A stretch of DNA of 43,774 bases from an uncultured Gammaproteobacteria bacterium (GCA_913058195.1 CAJXPP010000001.1:1-43774), one strand, 5' to 3'; counted from the stretch's first letter, positions 10,344-21,291 are shown. Translations and numbers: made by a program. Notes: generated by a model not told the origin, from the letters alone.

Positions 10344-10934
10344 CTAATTAAGCAGTTCAAAACTCGTCACATAAACAAGCTCACATGCATGGGCGCCGGT
10401 ATCTTCGCGAGTTAATGAACTTTGCCAGTGCCAGCCATCTTTTGCGTCAACACGTACTAAGGAGCCTGTTATACGAATTATCTGACCTTGTTTAACTTGG
10501 TCAATCATATCTTCTATTAAGCCATTTGCAGGGATAAGGTGCATATTTGCACTTTGAGTTTCAATCTCTCGTCTCGGGATTGGGAAAGCATCAGTTCGCC
10601 AACGATACCACCGACCCGACTGAGATATCTCTATATTATCTAATACGCTTTCATCTGACATTTTCTGCCAACCCAAGGCTAAATCAATCGATGATAAGTC
10701 AGACTCTCGACCTAGTGAATACGTCTCTTTCGATAAGACTTTGGCTTTAATATCAAAACTTGCTAATGGCGTAATTAGATAATTATCGATCACTATTTTA
10801 GTAGTATTCAGCACCTTTTCTTGTCTTGGCAGATCTGCAACCATTACCCCCGGCCCGAGCATTACGGTCTGTTCCGGCCCAAAATACTTCCAGCCTATAA
10901 AGGTGGCAACGGCAATGAATACTAATTTTCTCAT
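10344..10934 (-). CDS. Hypothetical membrane-anchored (probably periplasmic) protein; family not recognised
   Basis: 196 aa. A single N-terminal hydrophobic segment (LVFIAVATFIGWKYF) followed by a soluble domain ending in WHWQSSLTREDTGAHACELVYV. The start overlaps the ampG stop (ATGA). I can place no catalytic motif. Confidence 0.6.
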   Translation of the reverse strand: MRKLVFIAVATFIGWKYFGPEQTVMLGPGVMVADLPRQEKVLNTTKIVIDNYLITPLASFDIKAKVLSKETYSLGRESDLSSIDLALGWQKMSDESVLDNIEISQSGRWYRWRTDAFPIPRREIETQSANMHLIPANGLIEDMIDQVKQGQIIRITGSLVRVDAKDGWHWQSSLTREDTGAHACELVYVTSFELLN

Positions 10935-12487
10935 TTCATCAGAACGTCATTTAGTTTAAATCGTTTGCCTGCCCAAATAATTAAAAACAATACTGGAACG
11001 CCCATCAAAGCTGTTATTAAAAAGAAACTTTGGTAGCCCATAACTTCAACCATTGTGCCTGAATAACCACCTAACACTTTTGGTAACAAGGTCATCAATG
11101 AACTGAAAATAGCATATTGCACTGCCGTAAATGACACATTGGTTAAGCTTGATAAGAAGGCAATAAAAGCTGCACTTGCCAAGCCCGCCGATAAATTATC
11201 TGCTGAAATAACAATATATAGTAAGGTCATATCATGACCAGATTGAGCAAGCATCATAAATAATAAATTGGTTAGTGCTGATAATAATGCACCCAAAAAT
11301 AAGATCCGCATGACGCCAAAACGTACCGCTAATATGCCACCTACAAAACCACCTACAATGGTCATAAGAAGACCGAAGCTTTTTACCACGTTGGCTATCT
11401 CAGGCTTTGTGAAACCTAAATCTTGATAAAATACATTTGAAATCACACCAAGCACAATATCTGAAATCCGATACAAACCAATTAAAGCGAGTAATAACCA
11501 AGCTAATGACCAACCATAACGCTGAAAAAAATCTTTCACGGGCGCAATATATGCTTGTTCAACAACGTCTTTTTTGACTACGCCAGCCGTAATGGCAACT
11601 TTAGCGATAAGACTCGCGACAAATAATGCCAGTAATAAACGTAAAAATTCAGTGATAAACCCAGCTAAATGTGAATTTATAAGTAGTGGTTGCAATGCTT
11701 CTTTCAATATCAGCGCCAACGGCGAACTGTAACTGTATGTGAGAATAAACCCTGTCACAGCTATGATGAATAAGACTAAAAAGCCCAGATAATCATGTCC
11801 TTGTAATAGGTTTTCATTATTTTTTTGTTCTGGCTCATTAATAATAAGTGTCGTTATGAGGCCAATTGACATCATCATCGCCATTACCAAATAACTCCAC
11901 TTCCATGCAGAGTAACTGTATTCATCCATCGTTGAACCGAGGTAGCTAGCTATATATAAAGCACCTGCCCCCGCTATCAACATTCCAATCCGATAACCTG
12001 CAACATAACTTGATGACATCAATGCTTGTAAATCAGACTCTGCTGACTCAATTCGATAAGCATCTAATACTATATCTTGTGTTGCAGATGAAAAACCGAG
12101 CAATACTGCCGCCCATGCCATTGCAGTCAGCGCGTCAGTAGCGGGGTCAATAAATGCCATCAAACTAATAGCAGCGATAATCATGATCTGTGAGAGTAAT
12201 AACCATGCTCGTCGTCGTCCAAAATATTGCGTTAATATAGGTATCGATAATTTATCAATTAATGGTGCCCACACAAATTTGAATGAATAGCCAAGCGCTG
12301 CCCAACTAAAATAGGTTACAGCTGACTTCTCAATGCCAGCTTCTCTTAACCATAGACTCAATGACGAGAAAATAAGTAATAATGGCAATCCTGCCGATAT
12401 GCCAAAAAATAACATTGTAATAACACGAGGGTGTTTAAACGTTCTTAATGTATCTAACCAACTTTGGGCTGGGATGGCTGTTTTCAT
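10931..12487 (-). CDS. ampG: AmpG-family muropeptide (anhydromuropeptide) permease, MFS
   Basis: 518 aa polytopic protein. The N-terminal region MLFFGISAGLPLLLIFSSLSLWLREAG...FKFVWAPLIDK resembles E. coli AmpG (LGFASGLPLALTSGTLQAWM...). Confidence 0.85.
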   Translation of the reverse strand: MKTAIPAQSWLDTLRTFKHPRVITMLFFGISAGLPLLLIFSSLSLWLREAGIEKSAVTYFSWAALGYSFKFVWAPLIDKLSIPILTQYFGRRRAWLLLSQIMIIAAISLMAFIDPATDALTAMAWAAVLLGFSSATQDIVLDAYRIESAESDLQALMSSSYVAGYRIGMLIAGAGALYIASYLGSTMDEYSYSAWKWSYLVMAMMMSIGLITTLIINEPEQKNNENLLQGHDYLGFLVLFIIAVTGFILTYSYSSPLALILKEALQPLLINSHLAGFITEFLRLLLALFVASLIAKVAITAGVVKKDVVEQAYIAPVKDFFQRYGWSLAWLLLALIGLYRISDIVLGVISNVFYQDLGFTKPEIANVVKSFGLLMTIVGGFVGGILAVRFGVMRILFLGALLSALTNLLFMMLAQSGHDMTLLYIVISADNLSAGLASAAFIAFLSSLTNVSFTAVQYAIFSSLMTLLPKVLGGYSGTMVEVMGYQSFFLITALMGVPVLFLIIWAGKRFKLNDVLMK

Positions 12488-13266
12488 TACGGTGCTATTT
12501 GGTAATCGTAATCGATTATTAATGGCGCATGATCTGAGAAGCTTTGCTCACGATAGATTTCAGTTGCTTGCACTTTACCTTTTAAACTTGGTGATAAGAT
12601 ATGGTAATCAATGCGCCAACCGACATTGTTAGCTCTTGCCTGTCCACGGTTAGACCACCAAGTATATTGATGTTCTTGTTGCGGCAACTCACGAAAGGCA
12701 TCAATAAAACCGATGTCGTCAAATAAGGTATCAAGCCAAGCGCGCTCTTCAGGTAAAAAACCTGAATTCTTCAAATTGCCTTTCCAGTTACGGAGATCTT
12801 CATTTTTATGAGCAATATTCCAATCGCCAGTCACAATATAGTCTCGACCTGAGGCTTTCATATGTTCCATTTTCGCCATCATATGATCCATGCATCGGTA
12901 TTTGAGCAACTGGCGTTCTTCTTTAGATGATCCTGATGGCATATAGAGAGAAATAACACTTAAATTACCAAACTGCGCTTCGATATAACGGCCTTCGCTA
13001 TCAAATTCCTCATTACCCATACCGATAATGACTTCATCAGGTTTTTGACGGCAATATAAGGCAACACCACTATAGCCCTTCTTTTGCGCATCATGGTAGA
13101 AACAAGAATAACCTTGAGGGTGATAAAGCTCGTCACTTAACTGATCAATTTGCGCTTTTGTTTCTTGAACACAAACTACATCTGCCTGTATTGCTTTTAG
13201 CCAATCAAAAAAACCTTTTCGTCCTGCCGCACGAATGCCATTTACATTCGCTGTAATAATTTTCAT
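12487..13266 (-). CDS. xthA: Exodeoxyribonuclease III
   Basis: MKIITANVNGIRAA...DVVCVQETK...SDHAPLIIDYDY matches the XthA/AP-endonuclease family. The start is set at the internal ATG 13266 (259 aa) by alignment with the E. coli XthA N-terminus. The stop overlaps the ampG start (TAATG). Confidence 0.92.
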   Translation of the reverse strand: MKIITANVNGIRAAGRKGFFDWLKAIQADVVCVQETKAQIDQLSDELYHPQGYSCFYHDAQKKGYSGVALYCRQKPDEVIIGMGNEEFDSEGRYIEAQFGNLSVISLYMPSGSSKEERQLLKYRCMDHMMAKMEHMKASGRDYIVTGDWNIAHKNEDLRNWKGNLKNSGFLPEERAWLDTLFDDIGFIDAFRELPQQEHQYTWWSNRGQARANNVGWRIDYHILSPSLKGKVQATEIYREQSFSDHAPLIIDYDYQIAP

Positions 13267-13489
13267 ATCTGTATCCATTATTTTCAATTGCAAACATCAT
13301 ACCACTGTATTAATAATGCTTCGCCCGGCAGTAAAATAATGTATAATTCCCAGCAACTTAGAGTTAACACTCCCCTGAAGCAAGTAATTATTTAATAATT
13401 GCTCCAACTATTTCTTTACAATTGAAATAAAGATCGGGATAATGCTCTGTTCATTATATACATATAGCTAAAATTTTCGGAGAAGTACT

Positions 13490-13750
13490 TTGGCAAACTC
13501 AGCACAAGCAAAAAAACGCGCTCGTCAAGCGGAAGATAGCCGCCAACGTAACGCTAGTCAGCGTTCAGCAATGCGTACAACAGTTAAAAAATTGCATACA
13601 GCAATCGCTGAGGGTGACAAAGAGCAAGCAACTTCTGCTTTTCAAGCCGTAGTTCCAGTTTTAGATAAAATGGCTCGTAAAGGCATTATTGCTAAGAACG
13701 CTGCAGCACGTAGCAAAAGTCGCTTCAACGCAACTGTTCGCGCAATGTAA
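13490..13750 (+). CDS. rpsT: 30S ribosomal protein S20
   Basis: 86 aa, [13 protein letters not shown]... It has a TTG start, as rpsT does in E. coli. Confidence 0.95.
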   Translation: MANSAQAKKRARQAEDSRQRNASQRSAMRTTVKKLHTAIAEGDKEQATSAFQAVVPVLDKMARKGIIAKNAAARSKSRFNATVRAM

Positions 13751-13770
13751 TTCGAGCGTTAATCGCTTAT

Positions 13771-13798
13771 AAAAAACCGACTTAATGTCGGTTTTTTT
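13771..13798. terminator. Bidirectional Rho-independent terminator between convergent rpsT and proB
   Basis: AAAAAACCGAC, loop TTAAT, GTCGGTTTTTTT. There is an A-tract on one side and a T-tract on the other. Confidence 0.85.
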
Positions 13799-13827
13799 AT
13801 GTCTGTAATAAATAGAACGTGTAAAAA

Positions 13828-14958
13828 TTAACTCGTTATAATTAAGTTGTCACGATGAATTAGCTCTGGCTCATCAACATAACCCAGCAACACTTCAATC
13901 TCTGTACTGGAATGCCCCATTAAACGACCTACTTCTTCAAAATTATAGTTAACTAAGCCCCGAGCTACTTCTTTACCTGAAATATCACAGCAAACAATCA
14001 TTTCACCGCGAGAAAATTGACCTTCGACTTGCTTAACACCGACATGAAGTACACTACGTCCTTGTTGTCGAATAACACTAACCGCACCATCATCTAAGAT
14101 AACGCGACCTTTTACTTGATGCGTTAATAGCCATTGCTGACGTGCAGTAATAGGCTCATCATCAGGCCATAATAAAGTACCCACTCCAGCGCCTGCAGCT
14201 AATTGACGTAAATTATCAGACACCTCACCAGACAAAATAACCGTTACAGCACCTGAGCGAGCAGCTCGGCGGGCAGCCAGTAATTTAGTCGCCATACCAC
14301 CACGGCCTAATGAACCTGTGCCTTCCCCAGCCATATCATCTAATGCCGGATTACTGGCAGCAGAAGCCGCAATCAATCTTGCTTCAGGATTCTGGCGAGG
14401 ATCAGAGTCAAACAAGCCATCTTGATCAGTCAGAATAACCAATACATCAGCTTCTACCAGATTAGCTGTCATTGCCGCTAATGTATCATTATCACCAAAC
14501 CGAATTTCTTCAGTCGCGATTGTGTCATTTTCATTAACAACCGGCAAGACGCCCAATTCTAATAGGGTATGTAGTGCACTTCGTGCATTCAGATAACGGC
14601 CACGATCAGATAAATCCGAATGGGTTAATAAAATCTGTGCAGTATGTATATTGTGCTTTTTACATTCAGTAGCATAAGCCTGAATAAGGCCCATTTGGCC
14701 TACACTTGCCGCAGCTTGAAGCTGATGTAAAGCATGAGGACGTTTTTCCCAGCCTAGCTCTTGCATTCCAGCTGCAACCGAACCAGAGGTAACTAAAACA
14801 ACTTCTTTGCCTTGTTCGCGAAGAAAAGCAATTTCTTTCGTTAACCAGCTAATACGATCGCGATCTAGGCCTTCTCCTACACGAGTAAGTAAGGCGCTAC
14901 CGATCTTAATAACCCATCGTTTAGCATTTACTAGTTGTTCATGTGGCGTCGTTGTCAC
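13828..14958 (-). CDS. proB: Glutamate 5-kinase (with C-terminal PUA domain)
   Basis: 376 aa. WVIKIGSALLT, VLVTSGSVAAG, NENDT and FGDNDTLAA are classic ProB blocks. Confidence 0.95.
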   Translation of the reverse strand: MTTTPHEQLVNAKRWVIKIGSALLTRVGEGLDRDRISWLTKEIAFLREQGKEVVLVTSGSVAAGMQELGWEKRPHALHQLQAAASVGQMGLIQAYATECKKHNIHTAQILLTHSDLSDRGRYLNARSALHTLLELGVLPVVNENDTIATEEIRFGDNDTLAAMTANLVEADVLVILTDQDGLFDSDPRQNPEARLIAASAASNPALDDMAGEGTGSLGRGGMATKLLAARRAARSGAVTVILSGEVSDNLRQLAAGAGVGTLLWPDDEPITARQQWLLTHQVKGRVILDDGAVSVIRQQGRSVLHVGVKQVEGQFSRGEMIVCCDISGKEVARGLVNYNFEEVGRLMGHSSTEIEVLLGYVDEPELIHRDNLIITS

Positions 14959-14961
14959 ACT

Positions 14962-16065
<1,104 letters not shown>

Positions 16066-16085
16066 TCATAAACGAATGCCCAGAA

Positions 16086-16116
16086 ACAAAAAAGCCCCGC
16101 ATCAGCGAGGCTTTTT
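16086..16116 (-). terminator. Rho-independent terminator/attenuator between rpmA and obg
   Basis: The minus strand reads GCCTCGC TGAT GCGGGGC (one G-U pair) followed by TTTTTTGTTT. Confidence 0.7.
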
Positions 16117-16151
16117 AGCTGCGTCGCCCCATAACGGGCCAACAGCGCTAT

Positions 16152-16409
16152 TTAGTCAGCAACAACGCTGATATATGTACGGTTTTTTGGACCTTTAGTC
16201 TCAAACAAAACCTTACCCGCTGCTTTTGCAAATAATGTATGATCTTTACCAAGACCAACATTTTGACCAGCGTGAACACGTGTACCACGTTGACGAATAA
16301 GGATATTACCGCCTAATACTGCTTCACCACCATAACGTTTAACACCAAGACGTTTCGACTCCGAATCACGTCCGTTTCTAGTACTACCACCAGCTTTCTT
16401 ATGAGCCAT
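16152..16409 (-). CDS. rpmA: 50S ribosomal protein L27
   Basis: 85 aa, [24 protein letters not shown]... Confidence 0.97.
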   Translation of the reverse strand: MAHKKAGGSTRNGRDSESKRLGVKRYGGEAVLGGNILIRQRGTRVHAGQNVGLGKDHTLFAKAAGKVLFETKGPKNRTYISVVAD

Positions 16410-16437
16410 TTCTAAATCCTCTTGCTATTCGGAAATC

Positions 16438-16749
16438 TTAAGCACTGATCGCAGTGATTTGGATTTCTGTGTAAGACTGACGGTGACCCGCTTGTCTACG
16501 TGAGTGTTTACGACGACGGAACTTAACGATTTTAACTTTATCGCCACGGCCGTTTTCTGTAACTGTTGCAGTTACTTTTGCGCCATCAAGGTAAGGAGCA
16601 CCGATTTTAACATCGTCGCCTTCACCAACTAATAGAACTTTATCTAGTTCAACCGATTCACCAGCTTCAGCAAACAACTTCTCTACACGAAGTGTTTCGC
16701 CTTCTATAACTCGGTATTGTTTACCGCCAGTCGCGACAATAGCGTACAT
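16438..16749 (-). CDS. rplU: 50S ribosomal protein L21
   Basis: [14 protein letters not shown]... (103 aa) starting at the internal ATG 16749. The 30 upstream codons in the listed ORF are not L21-like. Confidence 0.95.
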   Translation of the reverse strand: MYAIVATGGKQYRVIEGETLRVEKLFAEAGESVELDKVLLVGEGDDVKIGAPYLDGAKVTATVTENGRGDKVKIVKFRRRKHSRRQAGHRQSYTEIQITAISA

Positions 16750-16936
16750 CGCTGTCTCCAATAATAATATGTTAAGTGTATTGGTGGGCGAACCCATCAA
16801 AAGACCGGCAATTCTATCCTCTTTTGCTAAAGAGATCAAATATCTTCTTGAAGATTAGTGAAATAGTTGCGATTCCTTGCTCTGCATGAGAAAGTACGCT
16901 TTTTTAATACGTACATTATAGGCGGATTTAAACCCC

Positions 16937-17905
16937 GTGGATATTCAATCCATTTATACTCTCATAGAAGATGACATGTCGGCTGTTGACGCGATGATTC
17001 AATCACGCCTTCAATCAGATGTTGTCTTAATCAATCAACTCGGTCATTACATTATTAATAGCGGCGGTAAACGCTTGCGGCCTGCACTGGCTATATTATG
17101 CGCTCGCGCTTGTGGCTATAAACAAGCACAACATATTAATCTTGCAACAATCATTGAGTTTATTCATACCGCTACTTTATTGCATGATGACGTAGTGGAT
17201 AATTCTGATATGCGTCGCGGCCGCGAAACAGCTAATAATTTGTGGGGCAATGAAGCCAGTGTTTTAGTGGGTGACTTCTTATATACCCGTTCATTTGAAA
17301 TGATGGTTGAAATGGAATCAATGCGCTTAATGCAGATCCTTTCTCACACCACCAATGTTATTGCTGAAGGTGAAGTGTTGCAGTTACTAAATTGTAATGA
17401 TGCTGATACCACTGAACAAAGCTATCTTGAAGTTATTCATCATAAAACAGCAAAACTTTTTGAAGCTGCGGGTCAATTGGGCGCAGTCATTTCACAAAGT
17501 AGTCCAGAAGTAGAGCTTGCCATCTCCAAATACGCCATGCATTTAGGTAGCGCATTCCAACTCGTCGACGATTTATTAGACTACAGTGAATCCAGCGAGA
17601 CTATCGGAAAAAACATTGGTGATGATCTTGCGGAAGGTAAGCCAACTTTGCCATTAATCTATGCAATGAAACACGGCTCCGTAGAAGAATCACAACTTAT
17701 TCGCGAAGCGATTGAACAAGGCCAACGTGATAAAATTGATGACATTATTACCATCATCAATAAAACGGGTGCAATTGACTACACTGCTCAAGCAGCTCGC
17801 AAAGAAGTTGAGCATGCTAAACAAAGCTTAAATATCATTGATGAGTCAAAATATAAAACAGCTCTTATTAGCTTAGCTGACTTCTCCATAAATCGTACTT
17901 ATTGA
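16937..17905 (+). CDS. ispB: Octaprenyl (long-chain polyprenyl) diphosphate synthase
   Basis: 322 aa with a GTG start. Two Asp-rich motifs (LLHDDVVDNSDMRRG and FQLVDDLLD). It is divergent from rplU-rpmA, as in E. coli. Confidence 0.92.
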   Translation: MDIQSIYTLIEDDMSAVDAMIQSRLQSDVVLINQLGHYIINSGGKRLRPALAILCARACGYKQAQHINLATIIEFIHTATLLHDDVVDNSDMRRGRETANNLWGNEASVLVGDFLYTRSFEMMVEMESMRLMQILSHTTNVIAEGEVLQLLNCNDADTTEQSYLEVIHHKTAKLFEAAGQLGAVISQSSPEVELAISKYAMHLGSAFQLVDDLLDYSESSETIGKNIGDDLAEGKPTLPLIYAMKHGSVEESQLIREAIEQGQRDKIDDIITIINKTGAIDYTAQAARKEVEHAKQSLNIIDESKYKTALISLADFSINRTY

Positions 17906-17928
17906 TAACATAACTTACTCTAAAACTG

Positions 17929-18231
17929 ATGACTCAACTCTATAAATACCACGTGTTTTTTTGTACTCATGAAAGAACTGAAGGCACAGCATGCTGCGAA
18001 CAACATCATGCCAGTGACTTACGCGCTTATGCTAAACAACGCGTAAAAGATTTAAAACTAAAACAAATACGTATTAATAATGCAGGTTGTTTAAGCCGTT
18101 GTGGCTTAGGACCAATATTAGTGATTTATCCTGAGGGAACATGGTATCAATATCAAACTGAAGCAGATATTGATGAAATTATTACATCTCATTTACAAAA
18201 CGATACAGTCGTAGAGAGATTGCAACAATGA
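17929..18231 (+). CDS. Thioredoxin-like [2Fe-2S] ferredoxin
   Basis: 100 aa. The Cys pattern C12-x9-CC ... C54-x3-C58 within FFCTHERTEGTACC...AGCLSRCGLGPILVIYPEGTWY is typical of the NuoE/Fd4-like 2Fe-2S family. The stop overlaps the next gene's start (ATGA). Confidence 0.8.
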   Translation: MTQLYKYHVFFCTHERTEGTACCEQHHASDLRAYAKQRVKDLKLKQIRINNAGCLSRCGLGPILVIYPEGTWYQYQTEADIDEIITSHLQNDTVVERLQQ

Positions 18232-19076
18232 CGCCCGATGAGTATTGCCAAGATAAAGCAGCCAAAAGCGGCTCCAGTTTTTATTATAGCTTTCGCTTTC
18301 TCCCTCCCATTCAGCGCCAAGCAATCATTGCTTTATATGCCTTTTGTCGTGAAGTAGACGATACAGTTGATGAAATAGTCGACACTGATATCGCTCGTGC
18401 AAAACTAGAGTGGTGGCAACAAGAAATTCAACGTACTTTTAAAGGTGAGGCTACTCACCCCGTTGGTAAAGCCTTAGAAAGCGCGTTAAAAAACTTTGAT
18501 CTTCATGAAGAATATTTCACAGAAATCATTGATGGCATGGCAATGGACCTGGATCAATTCAGCTACCCTGAATTCAAACATCTAGCCTTATATTGTCACC
18601 GCGCTGCAAGTGTCGTTGGTTTATTATCAGTTGAAATATTCGGCTATAAGAACCGAAAAACACTTAAATATGCTGAAAATCTCGGTATGGCATTGCAATT
18701 AACTAATATTATTCGTGATGTGCGAGAAGATGCTGAACGTGGCCGAATTTACCTTCCGCAAGATGAACTTCAAAAATTTAATATCAAATCAGATGATATT
18801 CTTGCTCTAAAATCTAGCCCCGAATTAATTGCACTGCTAGAGTTTCAAACCAGCCGCGCTAAAGAATACTATCGCCTTGCAATGGAAGCCTTACCTACTG
18901 AGGATCGCTACTCCCAACGTACAGGTTTAATCATGGCAGCAATATACGAAGCGACATTGGATGAAATCGTAAAAGATAATTTTCAAGTTATGCAACACCG
19001 TGTTTCATTAACGCCTATTAGAAAACTATGGATTGCTTGGCGTACTGCACGGCGTGAAAAAAAACATAAAAGCTAA
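18228..19076 (+). CDS. Squalene/phytoene synthase family enzyme, HpnD-like (candidate presqualene diphosphate synthase)
   Basis: 282 aa. SGSSFYYSFRFLP...LYAFCREVDDTVDE (first DxxxD), YCHRAASVVG and NIIRDVREDAERGRIYLP (second Asp-rich motif). The subfamily (HpnD, HpnC, CrtB or CrtM) cannot be settled by eye. Confidence 0.75.
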   Translation: MTPDEYCQDKAAKSGSSFYYSFRFLPPIQRQAIIALYAFCREVDDTVDEIVDTDIARAKLEWWQQEIQRTFKGEATHPVGKALESALKNFDLHEEYFTEIIDGMAMDLDQFSYPEFKHLALYCHRAASVVGLLSVEIFGYKNRKTLKYAENLGMALQLTNIIRDVREDAERGRIYLPQDELQKFNIKSDDILALKSSPELIALLEFQTSRAKEYYRLAMEALPTEDRYSQRTGLIMAAIYEATLDEIVKDNFQVMQHRVSLTPIRKLWIAWRTARREKKHKS

Positions 19077-19081
19077 TTACA

Positions 19082-20398
19082 TTGACGACTAAGCACACCA
19101 CAGACCAAGGAAACAGCACCCTTATTATCGGCGGCGGGTGGAGCGGACTTGCTGCTGCAGTCAGCTTATCTCAACAAGGGCACCATGTTCACCTCATCGA
19201 ATCTGCCAAACAATTAGGCGGCCGTGCTCGCAATGTCCAATGGCAACAATCAGTCGTAGATAATGGTCAGCACTTAATGATTGGCGCCTATACACAAATG
19301 CTAGCAATGATGAAATTGATAGGCGTCGATATTCACTCGGCATTCCATCGTCAATCAATAGATATTGAACTTCATGATACTCAGCACCCATCACTCCACT
19401 TATCTGCACAGCATGCATGGCTACCTTGGCCCGCTTCTTTAGCTTGGAATATTGTTAAAAGTACAGGCGTAAATGGTTTATATAAAATTTATAAATTACA
19501 AAACTCTATTCCTAAAGTACTAAAAAATAATGATATATCCGTAAGTGAATGGTTGCTCCTAACTAATCAACCTGTTCGCTTGGTCAAACAATTATGGGAG
19601 CCATTATGCTTAGCAACATTAAATACACCCATTAAAGAGGCTTCGGCTCACCTACTTGCTACAGTATTACAAGATAGTTTAGGTGCAGGAAAATCAGCAG
19701 CAGATTCACTAATTCCCACATGCCCTCTTGGAGACTTATTTCCAAGATACGCAGCAAAGTATATTGAACAAAATGGTGGCACAATAAGTCTACAATCACG
19801 TGCCAAACAGCTATTAATCGATGACAATAAAGTAACTGGCGTTCAGCTTCAAGATGATTCAATATTACGCGATAACAATATTATTGTTGCTTGTAGTCCG
19901 GCTCATAGTATTGATCTAGTTGCTGATCATATCGCCATAAATAAACCTCTTGATTACCCTATTTGTACCGCCTATCTTCAATACCCAGTAGATACTCGAC
20001 TTTCAAAGCCTATATTAGGTTTAACCGGAACGGTAAGCCAATGGGTATTTGATCGCAGCGAGCAAACTCCAGGATTAATGGCGATTGTTATAAGTGGCCC
20101 AGGCCAACATGAAACAATGACTAATAGCGAACTAGGTCAACTCCTTAGCCAAGAACTTCGTCAAATGTGCCCCGAACTAGCAGCTACCCCAATCGATAGC
20201 CTGATTATTCGTGAAAAACGGGCCACATTTGCCAGTACTGTTAATATTGAAGAACAACGTCCTAATGCGCGTACCGATGTTTCAGGTTTATGGTTAGCCG
20301 GTGACTATGTCGCTAATGGTTATCCTGCCACATTAGAAGGTGCTATTCGTAATGGTGAACAGTGTGCAAAACTAATATTAGAGCATACCTCCAATTAA
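19082..20398 (+). CDS. FAD-dependent amine-oxidase/desaturase-family oxidoreductase, HpnE-like (candidate hydroxysqualene dehydroxylase)
   Basis: 438 aa with a TTG start and no in-frame ATG near the 5' end. N-terminal dinucleotide fold IIGGGWSGLAAAV...ESAKQLGGR and C-terminal LWLAGDYVANGYPATLEGAIRNG. It lies 5 nt after the synthase gene. Confidence 0.7.
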   Translation: MTTKHTTDQGNSTLIIGGGWSGLAAAVSLSQQGHHVHLIESAKQLGGRARNVQWQQSVVDNGQHLMIGAYTQMLAMMKLIGVDIHSAFHRQSIDIELHDTQHPSLHLSAQHAWLPWPASLAWNIVKSTGVNGLYKIYKLQNSIPKVLKNNDISVSEWLLLTNQPVRLVKQLWEPLCLATLNTPIKEASAHLLATVLQDSLGAGKSAADSLIPTCPLGDLFPRYAAKYIEQNGGTISLQSRAKQLLIDDNKVTGVQLQDDSILRDNNIIVACSPAHSIDLVADHIAINKPLDYPICTAYLQYPVDTRLSKPILGLTGTVSQWVFDRSEQTPGLMAIVISGPGQHETMTNSELGQLLSQELRQMCPELAATPIDSLIIREKRATFASTVNIEEQRPNARTDVSGLWLAGDYVANGYPATLEGAIRNGEQCAKLILEHTSN

Positions 20399-20480
20399 AA
20401 ATTGGTCGATACTTACTGGTATACTTAACGCCAAACAATACCATTCCCATTTTTATTAAAGAACGTAAATTAAGTAATTC

Positions 20481-21212
20481 ATGAAATATACTTCAACAGC
20501 TACTCTTCTGAAAGACACTGTCATTATTATCACAGGGGCAGGCAATGGCATCGGTGCAGCTGTCGCGAAAACTTACGCCAATCATGGTGCAACAGTGATT
20601 TTATTAGATAAAAGTATTCCTGCACTGGAACAAGTTTATGATGAGATTGTTGCTAGTGGAGCAGCTCAGCCAGCTATTTACCCTCTGGATTTACAAGGTG
20701 CAAGTGTTGAAGATTACGATACACTTGCCAACACAGTCCAAGATAACTTTGGCCGTCTTGATGGCTTAGTTCACTGCGCCGCATCGTTAGGGCAATTAGC
20801 ACCTGTCACACATCAAGATACGCAAACATGGTTAGAAACACTGCACATCAACCTCACCGCACCCTATTTATTAACGCGCGCATGTTTAAACTTATTGCAA
20901 AAGCAGCAGTCTGCTTCAATTATTTTTACTACAGATCATCATAAAGATTCCGCTTATTGGTCAGCATACGGGCTAAGCAAATCGGGCATAGAATCACTTA
21001 GTAAACAATTGGCAGATGAATTAGAAACTGAAGCAAAGGTGAGAGTTAACTGTATTGATCCCGGCACAGTTAGAACAGAGCTATTTTCTCGTGCATTTCC
21101 AGCAATAGATCCAAGTGCTTTACCCTCTGCAGATGATGTTGTACCAGCCTATTTATATTTAATGGGTGAAGACAGTGTCAAGAAAACGGGTGAACTCATA
21201 AAGGCACAATAA
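20481..21212 (+). CDS. YciK-like short-chain dehydrogenase/reductase
   Basis: 243 aa. TGAGNGIGAA cofactor motif, YGLSK catalytic Y-x3-K, RVNCIDPGTVRT, and a C-terminus YLYLMGEDSVKKTGELIKAQ that parallels E. coli YciK (LYLWLMGDDSRRKTGMTFDAQ). Confidence 0.85.
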   Translation: MKYTSTATLLKDTVIIITGAGNGIGAAVAKTYANHGATVILLDKSIPALEQVYDEIVASGAAQPAIYPLDLQGASVEDYDTLANTVQDNFGRLDGLVHCAASLGQLAPVTHQDTQTWLETLHINLTAPYLLTRACLNLLQKQQSASIIFTTDHHKDSAYWSAYGLSKSGIESLSKQLADELETEAKVRVNCIDPGTVRTELFSRAFPAIDPSALPSADDVVPAYLYLMGEDSVKKTGELIKAQ

Positions 21213-21291
21213 GTTCGCTGTCAAAAAACCATCAAAACAATATAACTATCTGTTTAATAAGTAAATAATATACTTGGCATAGTTCTAGCTT

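Noticed and set aside
19082-20398. The 438-aa FAD oxidoreductase as protoporphyrinogen oxidase (HemY), given hemE in the same window
   Set aside because: hemE is 20 kb away in an unrelated operon, whereas this gene lies 5 nt downstream of a squalene/phytoene synthase homologue. An HpnE-like assignment is more parsimonious, though only phylogeny can settle it.
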